A stretch of 64,000 nt of DNA from the IMG/VR virus record IMGVR_UViG_3300025934_000015, positions 1 to 64,000 of that record. The stretch is one strand, 5' to 3'. The position numbers were made by a program, and so were the translations under genes. The stretch comes from a virus. Its lineage: Duplodnaviria; Caudoviricetes. Under the pieces are notes generated by a model. It saw only the letters and a list, made by a program, of their open reading frames with translations. It searched no databases and was not told where the DNA came from. This document shows, piece by piece, positions 1 to 8,931 of the stretch; position 1 is the stretch's first letter; each line of letters starts with the position of its first letter.

Positions 1-1092
1 GCGGGAGTCGTTGAACTGGAGAAACGAGTTCTTGATCGCGGGCAGCGTATTGTTGCGGATGATCAGCGCGAGAGTCACACCGTTGCCGATCAGGAACCCA
101 TACGGACAGTCGACGAACAGGTTATGCTCGAAGGTCAGCGAGCGGGTCTGCTGACTCGGGAAGTTATTGTCCGACCCGAGAATGCTCACGGCTCCGACCT
201 CTGCGGCCCGCCTGACGATATTGTTTTTGAAAATCACGTCGTCAACGACGACCCACGGCGTGTCGCCGTATTGGTTGCGTGGCGTGAGCATAATCGGCGT
301 TCCAGCCTGTCCGCTGCGCCAACAGCCGTCGAAGACGTTATTGTCGACGAGGACTTTGCGGGCGTTCTTCAGCTCGAACAAGTTCTTGACCAGCGCGCCA
401 TTGGTCCGCCACGTATCGGGCTTGAAGCACGTATTCCCACGGATGGTAATGTCTGTGGGGACACAGTTGGGGATGTGGATATGTTCGCCTCCGGCCATGA
501 TGTTTTCGCCGGAACCCTCGATGTAGCAGCCTTCCACGCGGTAGGGCCCAGGGCCGTTGTGAATCCAGATGCCTTGCCCTTCCTGCGCGCACCAGAAATT
601 CGTGATGCGCGTGTTGATGGCCGACAAATTCTTGCCGTGAAGCACGAGGCCCCGCTTGCCACCCTTGGGGCCTGCGGCAATCACGCATGTGTCGAAGAGC
701 ACGCCGTCCGGCTGGGCGTCCGCACTGGTTGCGTTGAAGTCGCCCACGACGACGCACTCGCGATCTGGCGCGCCGTTCTCGATGCCGAGTTTCGTGAATG
801 AGGTCTGTCCGGATTTCACCTGCACCGTCGGCGTGAAGATGTCACCCGGCGTCAATGTTGCGCCGGTCTCCGCCGTCAGCTTGATCGGTTTGCTGAAGAC
901 AAAGTTCCCCTTGTACTTGCCATTGTCACCGCCGGTCGCGACCAGCCGATACGTTCCGCCTTTCGCGGACGCAAGGTTGAGTGCATCGACAGTCGAAATG
1001 ACCGTTTCCTCGGGCGTCGGGTTCGCGAGTTCCTGTTGCAACTCGTGGACAAGCGCGTCCATCTGGTTCGCAAGGTCTTGCGCACGCGTCAT
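1..1092 (-). CDS. Right-handed parallel beta-helix (pectin-lyase-like) protein, runs off the window edge
   Basis: Absent from the ORF track because it is open to the edge. ATG at 1092 follows an AAAGGAG RBS; manual translation MTRAQDLANQMDALVHEL...GPGPYRVEGCYIEGSGENIMAGG...DITIRGN...VKNLFELKNARKVLVDNNVFDG shows Asn/Gly/Ile beta-helix repeats. Confidence 0.75.
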   Translation of the reverse strand, partial: MTRAQDLANQMDALVHELQQELANPTPEETVISTVDALNLASAKGGTYRLVATGGDNGKYKGNFVFSKPIKLTAETGATLTPGDIFTPTVQVKSGQTSFTKLGIENGAPDRECVVVGDFNATSADAQPDGVLFDTCVIAAGPKGGKRGLVLHGKNLSAINTRITNFWCAQEGQGIWIHNGPGPYRVEGCYIEGSGENIMAGGEHIHIPNCVPTDITIRGNTCFKPDTWRTNGALVKNLFELKNARKVLVDNNVFDGCWRSGQAGTPIMLTPRNQYGDTPWVVVDDVIFKNNIVRRAAEVGAVSILGSDNNFPSQQTRSLTFEHNLFVDCPYGFLIGNGVTLALIIRNNTLPAIKNSFLQFNDSR

Positions 1093-1265
1093 TGTGGGGA
1101 CTCCTTTACTGTCGCAGGGTGGGATCGGGCGATGACGGCGACGGTACCGTCTGGACGAATCACGCGCTCTTCGACACGGCCATCCTCAAGAGCGACACAT
1201 TCAATCCGGTAGCCGCGTTTTACGAGCATGTCTTTAATCTGCTGTAAAAATTCGGCCTCAGTCAT
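1089..1265 (-). CDS. Hypothetical protein (58 aa, MTEAEFLQQIKDML...)
   Basis: Manual translation; its stop overlaps the next start (ATGA). Confidence 0.5.
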   Translation of the reverse strand: MTEAEFLQQIKDMLVKRGYRIECVALEDGRVEERVIRPDGTVAVIARSHPATVKESPQ

Positions 1266-1375
1266 GGCGGATTAGGCGACCCGGTGACGGCGGACCGGCA
1301 CATTCGGTGGTTGGAGGCTCCGTCGGTCCAGCGGACAGAGAACCGAGCGGCGCAGACCGAATCTGGACAGGTCGC

Positions 1376-2515
1376 CTAAACATGGCTCGGTTGAGCGGCG
1401 AGCGTGACGTCCGCGCGTGTCGGGCCAGACACCATGTACTGGAGGTCACTGCCGAACGGTTTTACGATCGTGGGAATGAGCGGCGGTGGCACCTGATCGA
1501 GACACGTCACCGCAATGCCGTGCGTGACCGGCCAATCAATGTGTCCGAGATCGCGCTCAATGGCTAGCAGGACGTCCGGATGATACAGCGGTGCATAGCG
1601 CAACGCGCCCTGATAATCATTCGTCACGTTGGTCTCGGGACCACTCCAGCCAAAGGGGTGCCCTGGACACTCCCGATGGAGCGGTCCCGCGCCATGACGC
1701 GTCGTATAGCTGCGCGTGACGTAGACGACGTGCAGATCGCCCAACGGCGGATCCATCGAATGGAGCAGATGGGCGATGTTCGTGAGACCCGTTCGTGAGT
1801 GGGTCACATGCGGCCACGTGCCATAGACGGCATCCAACCGCAGCCCTTGCGCGCCCTCGAAGACCACGTCCTTGCCGCAACGAAGGACAGTCATGTCCGT
1901 CACGATCTCCGTACGATTGAGAAATTCCTCGACGTAGGAGAGAAAATTGGGAATGAGATCGTCTTTGAAGGTAATCGTCGGAATGCCGAGGCTACGACAG
2001 CGCTCCGGCACGTACTCCGTAGCAATCCGATGTAATCGATCCTGGAGTTTGGCAGAATCTTCCAGATGCGACGCGTGGAGACAGTATTTCGTATCGCGGC
2101 GTACCATGGTCTCATGGATGCCGAGGCCACAACTGCCATGGCGATTATCACTGCGCGCATTCTCGAGCGCACGATTGATCAACATGTCGAAAGGCGTCGT
2201 GACCTGCGCGGTCCAGTCCACAAAGACGCGTGGCGTCACCCACGGGGCGAGCGTCCGGAGTTCATCGGACTCCTGCACGAATAAAATAGGGTTGATCAGA
2301 AAGAACCGACTAAGGAGGGTATCCGCGCCACGGAACGTGCCTGCGCCGAGATGGTGGAATTCGTGCCGAAGACCGAGGGGTGTGACCACGGTATGGCCCG
2401 CCTGCGCGCCGCCATTGAAGCGGACGACCAGGGTGTTGCTGGTGGACAAGTAATCCACCAGCACCCCCTTCCCCTCATCCCCGAATTGTGCACCGATCAC
2501 CGCATGAATAGTCAT
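1376..2515 (-). CDS. Adenylosuccinate synthetase-like protein (divergent PurA family)
   Basis: GAQFGDEGKG, RFNGGAQAGHT, FEGAQG, GTWPHVT and TRSYTTRHGAGP motifs. Confidence 0.9.
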   Translation of the reverse strand: MTIHAVIGAQFGDEGKGVLVDYLSTSNTLVVRFNGGAQAGHTVVTPLGLRHEFHHLGAGTFRGADTLLSRFFLINPILFVQESDELRTLAPWVTPRVFVDWTAQVTTPFDMLINRALENARSDNRHGSCGLGIHETMVRRDTKYCLHASHLEDSAKLQDRLHRIATEYVPERCRSLGIPTITFKDDLIPNFLSYVEEFLNRTEIVTDMTVLRCGKDVVFEGAQGLRLDAVYGTWPHVTHSRTGLTNIAHLLHSMDPPLGDLHVVYVTRSYTTRHGAGPLHRECPGHPFGWSGPETNVTNDYQGALRYAPLYHPDVLLAIERDLGHIDWPVTHGIAVTCLDQVPPPLIPTIVKPFGSDLQYMVSGPTRADVTLAAQPSHV

Positions 2516-2661
2516 AATAAGTTCGCGCCGACTTCTTTGATCCTAGGGAGGAAGAAGTCGGAAGACCTCACGTCGCTGAGCCACCAGCATTGTTCAATCC
2601 CCGATGTTTTCACAGCCGGTCTTGCCCTCGGGGTGAGCGGGACTAGGCTCAGCTTCGATCT

Positions 2662-3576
2662 TTACAACGTCACCATGTCGCCGCCGACCGTATCGGCGCG
2701 TTTGGTCAGATGGGCCGTGGCGTGCTTGACCGCCAGGGCCGTGGTGCCGTCCCAGGACTTCAGGACAGTCGCGTGATCCACGCCTTCACGAATCTGCATG
2801 AGGCTGACGATTACCTCGGCCAATTTCGTGTGGTCCGCCAGAGTGAGCGCGTTCTCGCCCAGGAGGTCCGTCCACCGGCGTTGCACGTCCGGTGAACCCG
2901 TGTCGCCCTGCGAGAGCGTGATATGGAAGACCTCCCACTTGCGCGACACCAGATCGAGGAGCGTGTCCCGATTGACCGCCTCACCGCCGTCACCGAAGAC
3001 GGTGTGGATTTCTTTGGCGGTCAGATCCGGCGTCGGTCCGTCATCCCCGATGGTAATCAGGTAGGCCTTCTTGTGCCGCTTTTCGTAGCAGTCGATCAGG
3101 GTTTTGTGTGCGGCGAAGTACCACGCCAGCATGTAGGACTCGCTGCCGTTGCCGCCGCCACCCTGATGAATGTCCAGCTTTTCCATCTGCTGGGCGATGC
3201 GCAGGTCTGCCTCGAATTGCGTGATCTGGAACGGCACAGGATCGCCCGCGCGCACGTCTCCGATGCCCTGGATCATGATGTGGGGATCCGTGACTGGCTT
3301 GCGGTTGTAGATCTCCGTCACCAGGGTATTGAGACTCTTGCGGGCCACGTCGTCGATGATGGGCCGCATCGATCCGGTCACATCGAGACCGATGATAATG
3401 GCCGTAGACCGCGGGTTGTCCGGCGAATCCAGCGACTCCCGGCACTTGATGCCGTACGGGCTCAGATCCTTGTGGATGCCGTGCTGCGTGAAAATCTGTT
3501 GCGTCGTCTTCGTCGCGTAGCTCTGCGTCTTCGTGTAGTGATCCCACTTGTCGGGATCCCAGCGCCCTCCACCCAT
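2662..3576 (-). CDS. vWA-domain protein
   Basis: MGGGRW N-terminus, LDVTGSM MIDAS-like motif, GGGGNGSESY, ITIGDD. Confidence 0.85.
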   Translation of the reverse strand: MGGGRWDPDKWDHYTKTQSYATKTTQQIFTQHGIHKDLSPYGIKCRESLDSPDNPRSTAIIIGLDVTGSMRPIIDDVARKSLNTLVTEIYNRKPVTDPHIMIQGIGDVRAGDPVPFQITQFEADLRIAQQMEKLDIHQGGGGNGSESYMLAWYFAAHKTLIDCYEKRHKKAYLITIGDDGPTPDLTAKEIHTVFGDGGEAVNRDTLLDLVSRKWEVFHITLSQGDTGSPDVQRRWTDLLGENALTLADHTKLAEVIVSLMQIREGVDHATVLKSWDGTTALAVKHATAHLTKRADTVGGDMVTL

Positions 3577-3580
3577 AAAA

Positions 3581-3778
3581 TCACTTCCCTTCTGTATCTG
3601 AGCCTTCGGTCGTGCGCAGCTCGGCGGTCCGGGGCTGCTTGAGTGCGTCGTTCTCCTTGAGAATCTCCGCGACCTTCTCGGTGTCGCCGGACTGCACGAT
3701 TTCCTTGGCGCGGTCCTCGGCGGTCTTCATCGGCGCGGTGATGGCATTGTCGTTGACGGTCTGTCCCACGTTACACAA
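3581..3778 (-). CDS. Hypothetical protein
   Basis: ORF fills the gap in the operon and ends just before the vWA start. Confidence 0.45.
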   Translation of the reverse strand: MCNVGQTVNDNAITAPMKTAEDRAKEIVQSGDTEKVAEILKENDALKQPRTAELRTTEGSDTEGK

Positions 3779-4766
3779 CCTTTCCCTGATGACGGTAGAC
3801 GTCTGATGCAGTGAGAGGAAATTTGGTGAATCGGCGCGGGCCGAAGGTCTTGATGAGCACGTCGGTCCATTGCTTGTATTGGTCGAAGGCGTGTCCGGTG
3901 CCGACGTTGGTCAGCCACGTCTGCATAGGCTCAGGCGCAGGCATGTGCATGCACTCCCGTGCCGTCAACCGGATCAACTCCAGGTCCGTGCGTGTAGACG
4001 CCCGCTTGAACATCTTGGCGTTGAACGGCATCACCCCAAATGTCCGCCGCGGCACGGTCCGAATGGTGTCGCCCCGTGTGGCGCTACTCCACCAGCCGCC
4101 GAGTAACGCCCCGCTGTGGTGTTCCGGCGAAATGAAGTACGTATCCGGCGAAATGTCGTGGTGGACGATGTTGGCGTGCGCGAAGTAGCACGCGAGATTG
4201 AGGAGACTACTGATCATCCACGCCATGTGCACCGGCTCAATCGGTCCGTAGTGCGTCACCACATCGCGCAGCCGGACCAGATCCTTCGTCTTTTTCACCG
4301 CAAGGAGTTGTCGATGGTCGGTGAGGAGCGCGGTCGCGCTGGCATGCGGCAGGTATCGCTCGAACTCCGTGCGCATGTCCGGCGAGGCGAATGGCCGCTG
4401 TTTGGTCATCCATTCAAGGGCACGGCCGTAGGGCGCGGCATCGTAAAACAAATAGACCAGCACCTCGTCGGCCACGATCGCGTGGCCATACGGGAATGGA
4501 AAACTGGTCCTGGCCTGATAGCTGTAGTAGGTTTTATCCATCCCCTCGAATTGGACGAAGGCTGGACCCTCCCAGCGCCCATTGTTGATTTTGTCCAGCG
4601 CCTCTCGATAGAGTTTGGTCAGATGCGTAAACACGTCGGCGGATCCGGTGGCAACGTCGGGATGCCAGAACTTCGACATCTTCCGATAGATCGACTGTGC
4701 CCCATCCTTGTCAGCCGGAAACAGATCTTCGGGCCGTGTCACGGCCAACAGTTCACTTTTGGTCAC
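3771..4766 (-). CDS. J-domain / protein-kinase-like fusion
   Basis: N-terminal YRKMSKFWHPD (J-domain HPD); C-terminal kinase-like IVHHDISPDTYFI...LLGGWW; GTG start at 4766 preferred over the ORF-track start at 4844. Confidence 0.75.
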   Translation of the reverse strand: MTKSELLAVTRPEDLFPADKDGAQSIYRKMSKFWHPDVATGSADVFTHLTKLYREALDKINNGRWEGPAFVQFEGMDKTYYSYQARTSFPFPYGHAIVADEVLVYLFYDAAPYGRALEWMTKQRPFASPDMRTEFERYLPHASATALLTDHRQLLAVKKTKDLVRLRDVVTHYGPIEPVHMAWMISSLLNLACYFAHANIVHHDISPDTYFISPEHHSGALLGGWWSSATRGDTIRTVPRRTFGVMPFNAKMFKRASTRTDLELIRLTARECMHMPAPEPMQTWLTNVGTGHAFDQYKQWTDVLIKTFGPRRFTKFPLTASDVYRHQGKVV

Positions 4767-4833
4767 GGGCGTCTCGACTCTCGGAGCGTGAGGTAATCGA
4801 AGAAGACAGCGATCAGTTCTAACACGGCATCGA

Positions 4834-5238
4834 TCATGGGTCACGACGTTCCTTCACCAGTTGCCGCTCCAATGACAAGAGGGCCTCCGCTTGCGATTGG
4901 TGCCGTTCGATCCAGACGGAGATTTCGCGCTGGAGTTCCTCGCGTGACCATCGCTTACACCAGCGTGGCATCGACTCGCCTTCGAGCGGTGCACTGGCGG
5001 ATCCCCATTCGTTGCCCTCGATGTCCACCCACCGCCAGCCCGGACCGGCGGACCGAAGTTCAATCGCGCCGGGCGCAGAGTCCACGACTTCACGACCGTC
5101 TCGATCCACGAATACGACCATACAGGCCGGGCCGGTGATGATCACCGCACGCCTCCGTGACACATATCCCAGATTAACCCCGCGATCGGGCCAACGGTTC
5201 CGAGGACGAGAATGATGGTCACAAGAATGATTGCGCAC
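4834..5238 (-). CDS. Hypothetical protein
   Basis: Co-oriented ORF; start uncertain. Confidence 0.4.
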   Translation of the reverse strand: MRNHSCDHHSRPRNRWPDRGVNLGYVSRRRAVIITGPACMVVFVDRDGREVVDSAPGAIELRSAGPGWRWVDIEGNEWGSASAPLEGESMPRWCKRWSREELQREISVWIERHQSQAEALLSLERQLVKERRDP

Positions 5239-5264
5239 CAGTCTTGACGGTCCATGACACTACC

Positions 5265-6659
5265 CTAACCGAGTTGGAACGGCAGGTCAATCTCGTTTTT
5301 CAACGCCGTCCCTACGGTTTGCGTCTTCGGTGCCGGGCCTGCTGGGGCCAGCGTGCCGTGACCGTCCTCGATCAGCACGGACACATCGTCCGCGTTCTTC
5401 GTGACGTATTCCATCCAGACCTGGGCCTGCGCGTCCTCGGCCTGCTTCGCGACCATCTGGAGCGAGTCTTCATCGAGCACATTGCCATTGCGGATCAGGA
5501 GCACCTTGAGCGTCGGGTTCATGGCGAGGCCGATCGCCACACTCACGCGAATCTGCTCCGCCGCCGAGGCCTGCTTGAATGGGAGTCCATTGAACGTCAC
5601 GCCTGTTTCACTAAGCCCGAGACCGGCGACCGGGAATGTGACCGCCTCCAGCGCGGTACGTTTAGCGTCCTCACAGTCCTTGACGATCTGGTCCTGGGCC
5701 TTTGCGTCGAAGCCGATGCGATCCACTTCCGCTGCCGCCTCCTGGTACTTGAGATTGTCACGCACCTGGGCGTTGACGGTCGCGATGTGGGTCAGCTTCA
5801 CGCGTAGCGCGGCCATGTCTGGTACTTCACTCGCGGCCAGCTTCCTCCGTTCGTCCGCCGCCGCGATTTTGAGTTCACGCGCATTCAGGTCGCTGACGAT
5901 GGCGGTTTCCGTTTCACGCTGCCGTGTTAACTCTTCTTCCAGATGCTTAATGCGATCTTGTACCACTCGGAGGTCCGTGTTTCGCGCATCGCGGTTGCGT
6001 ACCTCGGACGTGTAGTCGCTTTCCGCCTTCGTGGCGGCGGTCTGCTTGGCTTCCGCTGCCGCCAGCTCCGCGATGACCTCGTCCTGCGGAATCTCCTGCG
6101 CCGGAGCGCCCTTGTGTGTGACCAGCTTCATGAGCTGGGCGGATTTGATGTCGTGGGTCTTATTGAGGATCGATCGTTGAGCGTACGCGTTCTGGCGTTT
6201 TTGTTCAATCGCGGAGACGTCGAGGTTGACCAGCGCGCGCAGCATGTCGTATTGCGGTTTTTCATCCGCGTTGGCGAAGGCTAGCGGATCGAAGGTCAGC
6301 TTGCCGAGGATCTTGTTCAGCAGGGTCTGTGGCGACGGGTAGGGCGCGCCATGGACGTTCGCGACGATCAGTTTCGATTCCGTCGGGCCCCACGTGCCAT
6401 CATCCAACTTGATCCGTGTGAATGACCGCGTCACCTTGTAGTCCCCGAGGTCCACCTCGATCTTGGCGGCGGACTCACCCGTCCGGATCGGTTCATCCGG
6501 CACCAGGGCGGCACCGCCGAGGGCCATGGCAATCGAGTTGAGCACACTGGTCTTGCCCGCGCCGTTCTTGCCACCGATGGTGATGAGATTGCCATCGGGT
6601 GTAATGTCCACGGCAACCAGCCGCATGACGTTTTCTGACTGGAGGCGGATCACTTTCAT
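5265..6659 (-). CDS. SMC/Rad50-like ABC-type ATPase with coiled coil
   Basis: Walker A GGKNGAGKTS, long coiled coil, signature-like QASAAEQ, degenerate Walker B LLIRNG. Confidence 0.85.
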   Translation of the reverse strand: MKVIRLQSENVMRLVAVDITPDGNLITIGGKNGAGKTSVLNSIAMALGGAALVPDEPIRTGESAAKIEVDLGDYKVTRSFTRIKLDDGTWGPTESKLIVANVHGAPYPSPQTLLNKILGKLTFDPLAFANADEKPQYDMLRALVNLDVSAIEQKRQNAYAQRSILNKTHDIKSAQLMKLVTHKGAPAQEIPQDEVIAELAAAEAKQTAATKAESDYTSEVRNRDARNTDLRVVQDRIKHLEEELTRQRETETAIVSDLNARELKIAAADERRKLAASEVPDMAALRVKLTHIATVNAQVRDNLKYQEAAAEVDRIGFDAKAQDQIVKDCEDAKRTALEAVTFPVAGLGLSETGVTFNGLPFKQASAAEQIRVSVAIGLAMNPTLKVLLIRNGNVLDEDSLQMVAKQAEDAQAQVWMEYVTKNADDVSVLIEDGHGTLAPAGPAPKTQTVGTALKNEIDLPFQLG

Positions 6660-6668
6660 ACGTACCTC

Positions 6669-7166
6669 TTAATAGACACTCGATGCCAGGGACCAATCGA
6701 ACGGCAGTCGTCGATCGAGTTGCTCGTCGTACGGGCCATCCCAGGGGTTGTCGGACACACTGGTATGCTGCACGCCAAACGCCGGAGGTTGAGGGACCCA
6801 CTGCGTGACGAGCACATTGGCATAGGCGGGCCAATGGTTGACTCCGGCCGGATCGATGACCTCCTGATAGGCGTGCAGGAAAATGGCAATATCGTCGATG
6901 GCGCGTCGCACATCGGCCGTGCGAATGAAGCAAGTATCGAAGGTCATCTTGAGGACAGCCCGCGCGGCCAGCGGCACATCATCATGATTGGCCAGCGGCC
7001 AGATCTCATCGGCGCGCATAGCCCAGGTGTGTGGGAGCGCCCCGAGATGCCGTTGTGCGATGGCGTTCCAGACGACTGGAGCCATGCCCCAGCCGTTCTT
7101 GAATTCGGCCAAGGTGACACGTCGTGTCTCACCGGGCCACAGACCGTAGACGGTAGAATGACTCAT
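6669..7166 (-). CDS. Hypothetical protein
   Basis: 165-aa ORF tightly packed between neighbours. Confidence 0.7.
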   Translation of the reverse strand: MSHSTVYGLWPGETRRVTLAEFKNGWGMAPVVWNAIAQRHLGALPHTWAMRADEIWPLANHDDVPLAARAVLKMTFDTCFIRTADVRRAIDDIAIFLHAYQEVIDPAGVNHWPAYANVLVTQWVPQPPAFGVQHTSVSDNPWDGPYDEQLDRRLPFDWSLASSVY

Positions 7167-7169
7167 ACG

Positions 7170-8021
7170 TTAATCGAACAAACTCGTTTGCGGTTTAGGC
7201 GTATCGTCGACCGGGGCTGATGGTTCCGGTGCAGATGTCTCCGTCGAGCGACTAGGAAAAGTGCCGAGGAGGGCGTCATTGACTATCGCCTTCACCTCGG
7301 CAGAAAAGTCGCCCTTGTACATCCACACGAGATAGCTGCGCGGCAGGGCTTTCAGCAGGGTTTTGGTCCGGCCGTGTTTGCCGAAGTTGATTTGGACCTC
7401 CCCCGTCTCCGTCCAGATGAACTTACCATCTGGGTCTACAAAGTGCCGTTCCTTGTCGAAGCAGCGGTCATGTAACTCTTGTAAGTCGCGCGGTAATTGC
7501 TGGAAGATCTCTAGTTGGGCCAGCGCCACGTCTAGCGCGTCCTTGGCGTCCTCGAATGCGCGATGCGCCTGTGCCGGGTCACGCCCCAGGAACCGTCGGA
7601 CCGCATCCGTCAACGTCCGTGGCTCGGCCAGCCGCCAGATCCGGAACGGGTCCAGTAACCGCGCATCCCCGAGGGACCACGGCACGCCTGCGCGCAGCAT
7701 TTCGGCACGGATAACACGTACGTCGTAGTTCACATTGTACCCACAGTAATCGCACTCCCGGAAGCCTTTCGCGAGGCTCGGCGCGAGCTGTTTGAACCGC
7801 GGCGCGTGCGACACCTGTTCGTTCGTGATGCCATGGACCGCTTGGGCCTCCGGATCGATGAGCAGATCCGGGTTCACGAACGACACCCAACTTTTCGGCG
7901 GACGCTCATCGTGAAAGAGCATGTAAAAGCCGATCTCACAGATGCGGGCCTCTTCCGGCGGCACGTTCGCATGCGTCTCGACGTCCAGCGCAATCAGCGG
8001 CCGTGTGAGCGTTAGGACCAT
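7170..8021 (-). CDS. DEDDh 3'-5' exonuclease (DnaQ/epsilon-like) with C-terminal FGKH domain
   Basis: ALDVET, GYNVNYD, HRAFEDA; C-terminal INFGKH...LPRSYLVWM; ends QTSLFD. Confidence 0.9.
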   Translation of the reverse strand: MVLTLTRPLIALDVETHANVPPEEARICEIGFYMLFHDERPPKSWVSFVNPDLLIDPEAQAVHGITNEQVSHAPRFKQLAPSLAKGFRECDYCGYNVNYDVRVIRAEMLRAGVPWSLGDARLLDPFRIWRLAEPRTLTDAVRRFLGRDPAQAHRAFEDAKDALDVALAQLEIFQQLPRDLQELHDRCFDKERHFVDPDGKFIWTETGEVQINFGKHGRTKTLLKALPRSYLVWMYKGDFSAEVKAIVNDALLGTFPSRSTETSAPEPSAPVDDTPKPQTSLFD

Positions 8022-8498
8022 GGATTACCATGACGCGTCACGTTTCTTCTCGTGGATCCACGCCATCGACATGTGATGTGCATCGCCTTTATCACCACCG
8101 AATCCCAGGGATCGATCCCGATGCACGAAATCGCGGAATCGCCAGTATAAGATCCGTAGGAATGCGAGCATTAGCGTTGCTCCTTTGTCGCGTAGGCTTG
8201 CCGCGCGAGGCACACTCGGCAATATCGATGCGCGAGCGCATTCCACACGCGGCAAAACTTGCACAGCCACTCTGTCGGCGTCGGTTCACTCATGCAGCCG
8301 CCGTCTGATCCTTCTGGTCGCCGTCCCGGGCGAGTTTCTCCTCAATAGCCTTGGCCATGAACTCAGACATGGACCGGCCCTGTCGGCGCAAGCGCTCCAA
8401 CTCGTCCTTGACTTCGCGCGTCACGTGACAACCAACCAGCACATTACGATTTGACCTGATCATACTCCTACCCTGGTGTACGTCCGCTACAGATAGGG

Positions 8499-8714
8499 CT
8501 AGCCTCCATAGCCCTTACGTTGGCTCCAGTGGGGATGGTCCTCCCACGGACACGGAATCCGATGGGCCGCGTGTTCGTCCAGCGGCTCCATATTGACCCA
8601 GCGCAGATACTGGTCCGCCCGGGTCATGATAGCAGATTTTCCGCCATGGACCACACAGAAGGGCGAGTCCGGCGCGGCCAACGCGATACATCCGGCATAG
8701 CCACAGTTATCCAT
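8499..8714 (-). CDS. Small Cys/His-rich hypothetical protein
   Basis: CxxxGC...FCxxH motif; overlaps the stop of the cold-shock gene. Confidence 0.45.
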   Translation of the reverse strand: MDNCGYAGCIALAAPDSPFCVVHGGKSAIMTRADQYLRWVNMEPLDEHAAHRIPCPWEDHPHWSQRKGYGG

Positions 8715-8931
8715 GGACGCTCCTCATGACACGCACAGCCTTCGCGCGCAGCTTATTGCCCTTGTCGCCACTGTGCGAGGGCTCGAACTCTACAGTCATG
8801 CCTGCGTGAATGCGCTCCCATTGCGTCTCGGCATGACAATCCGTCGCGTGTAGAAAGTACGGCTCGCCGTCCTCACCCATGACGAAGCCATACCCCTTCG
8901 TCAGAAAAATTCTCGTCACCGTCCCCGTCAT
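8707..8931 (-). CDS. Cold-shock domain protein
   Basis: MTGTV...KGYGFV (RNP1), YFLHATD (RNP2), VEFE...AKAVR. Confidence 0.9.
   Translation of the reverse strand: MTGTVTRIFLTKGYGFVMGEDGEPYFLHATDCHAETQWERIHAGMTVEFEPSHSGDKGNKLRAKAVRVMRSVHG

Noticed and set aside
124-1135. Plus-strand ORFs 124-801, 167-526 and 656-1135
   Set aside because: Antisense shadows of the minus-strand beta-helix gene; the same applies to most opposite-strand ORFs in this GC-rich track
1376-2515. PurZ / Z-genome (2-aminoadenine) pathway
   Set aside because: The P-loop has Asp (GDEGKG), not the PurZ Ser, and no dATPase or MazZ-like partner is recognisable in the window
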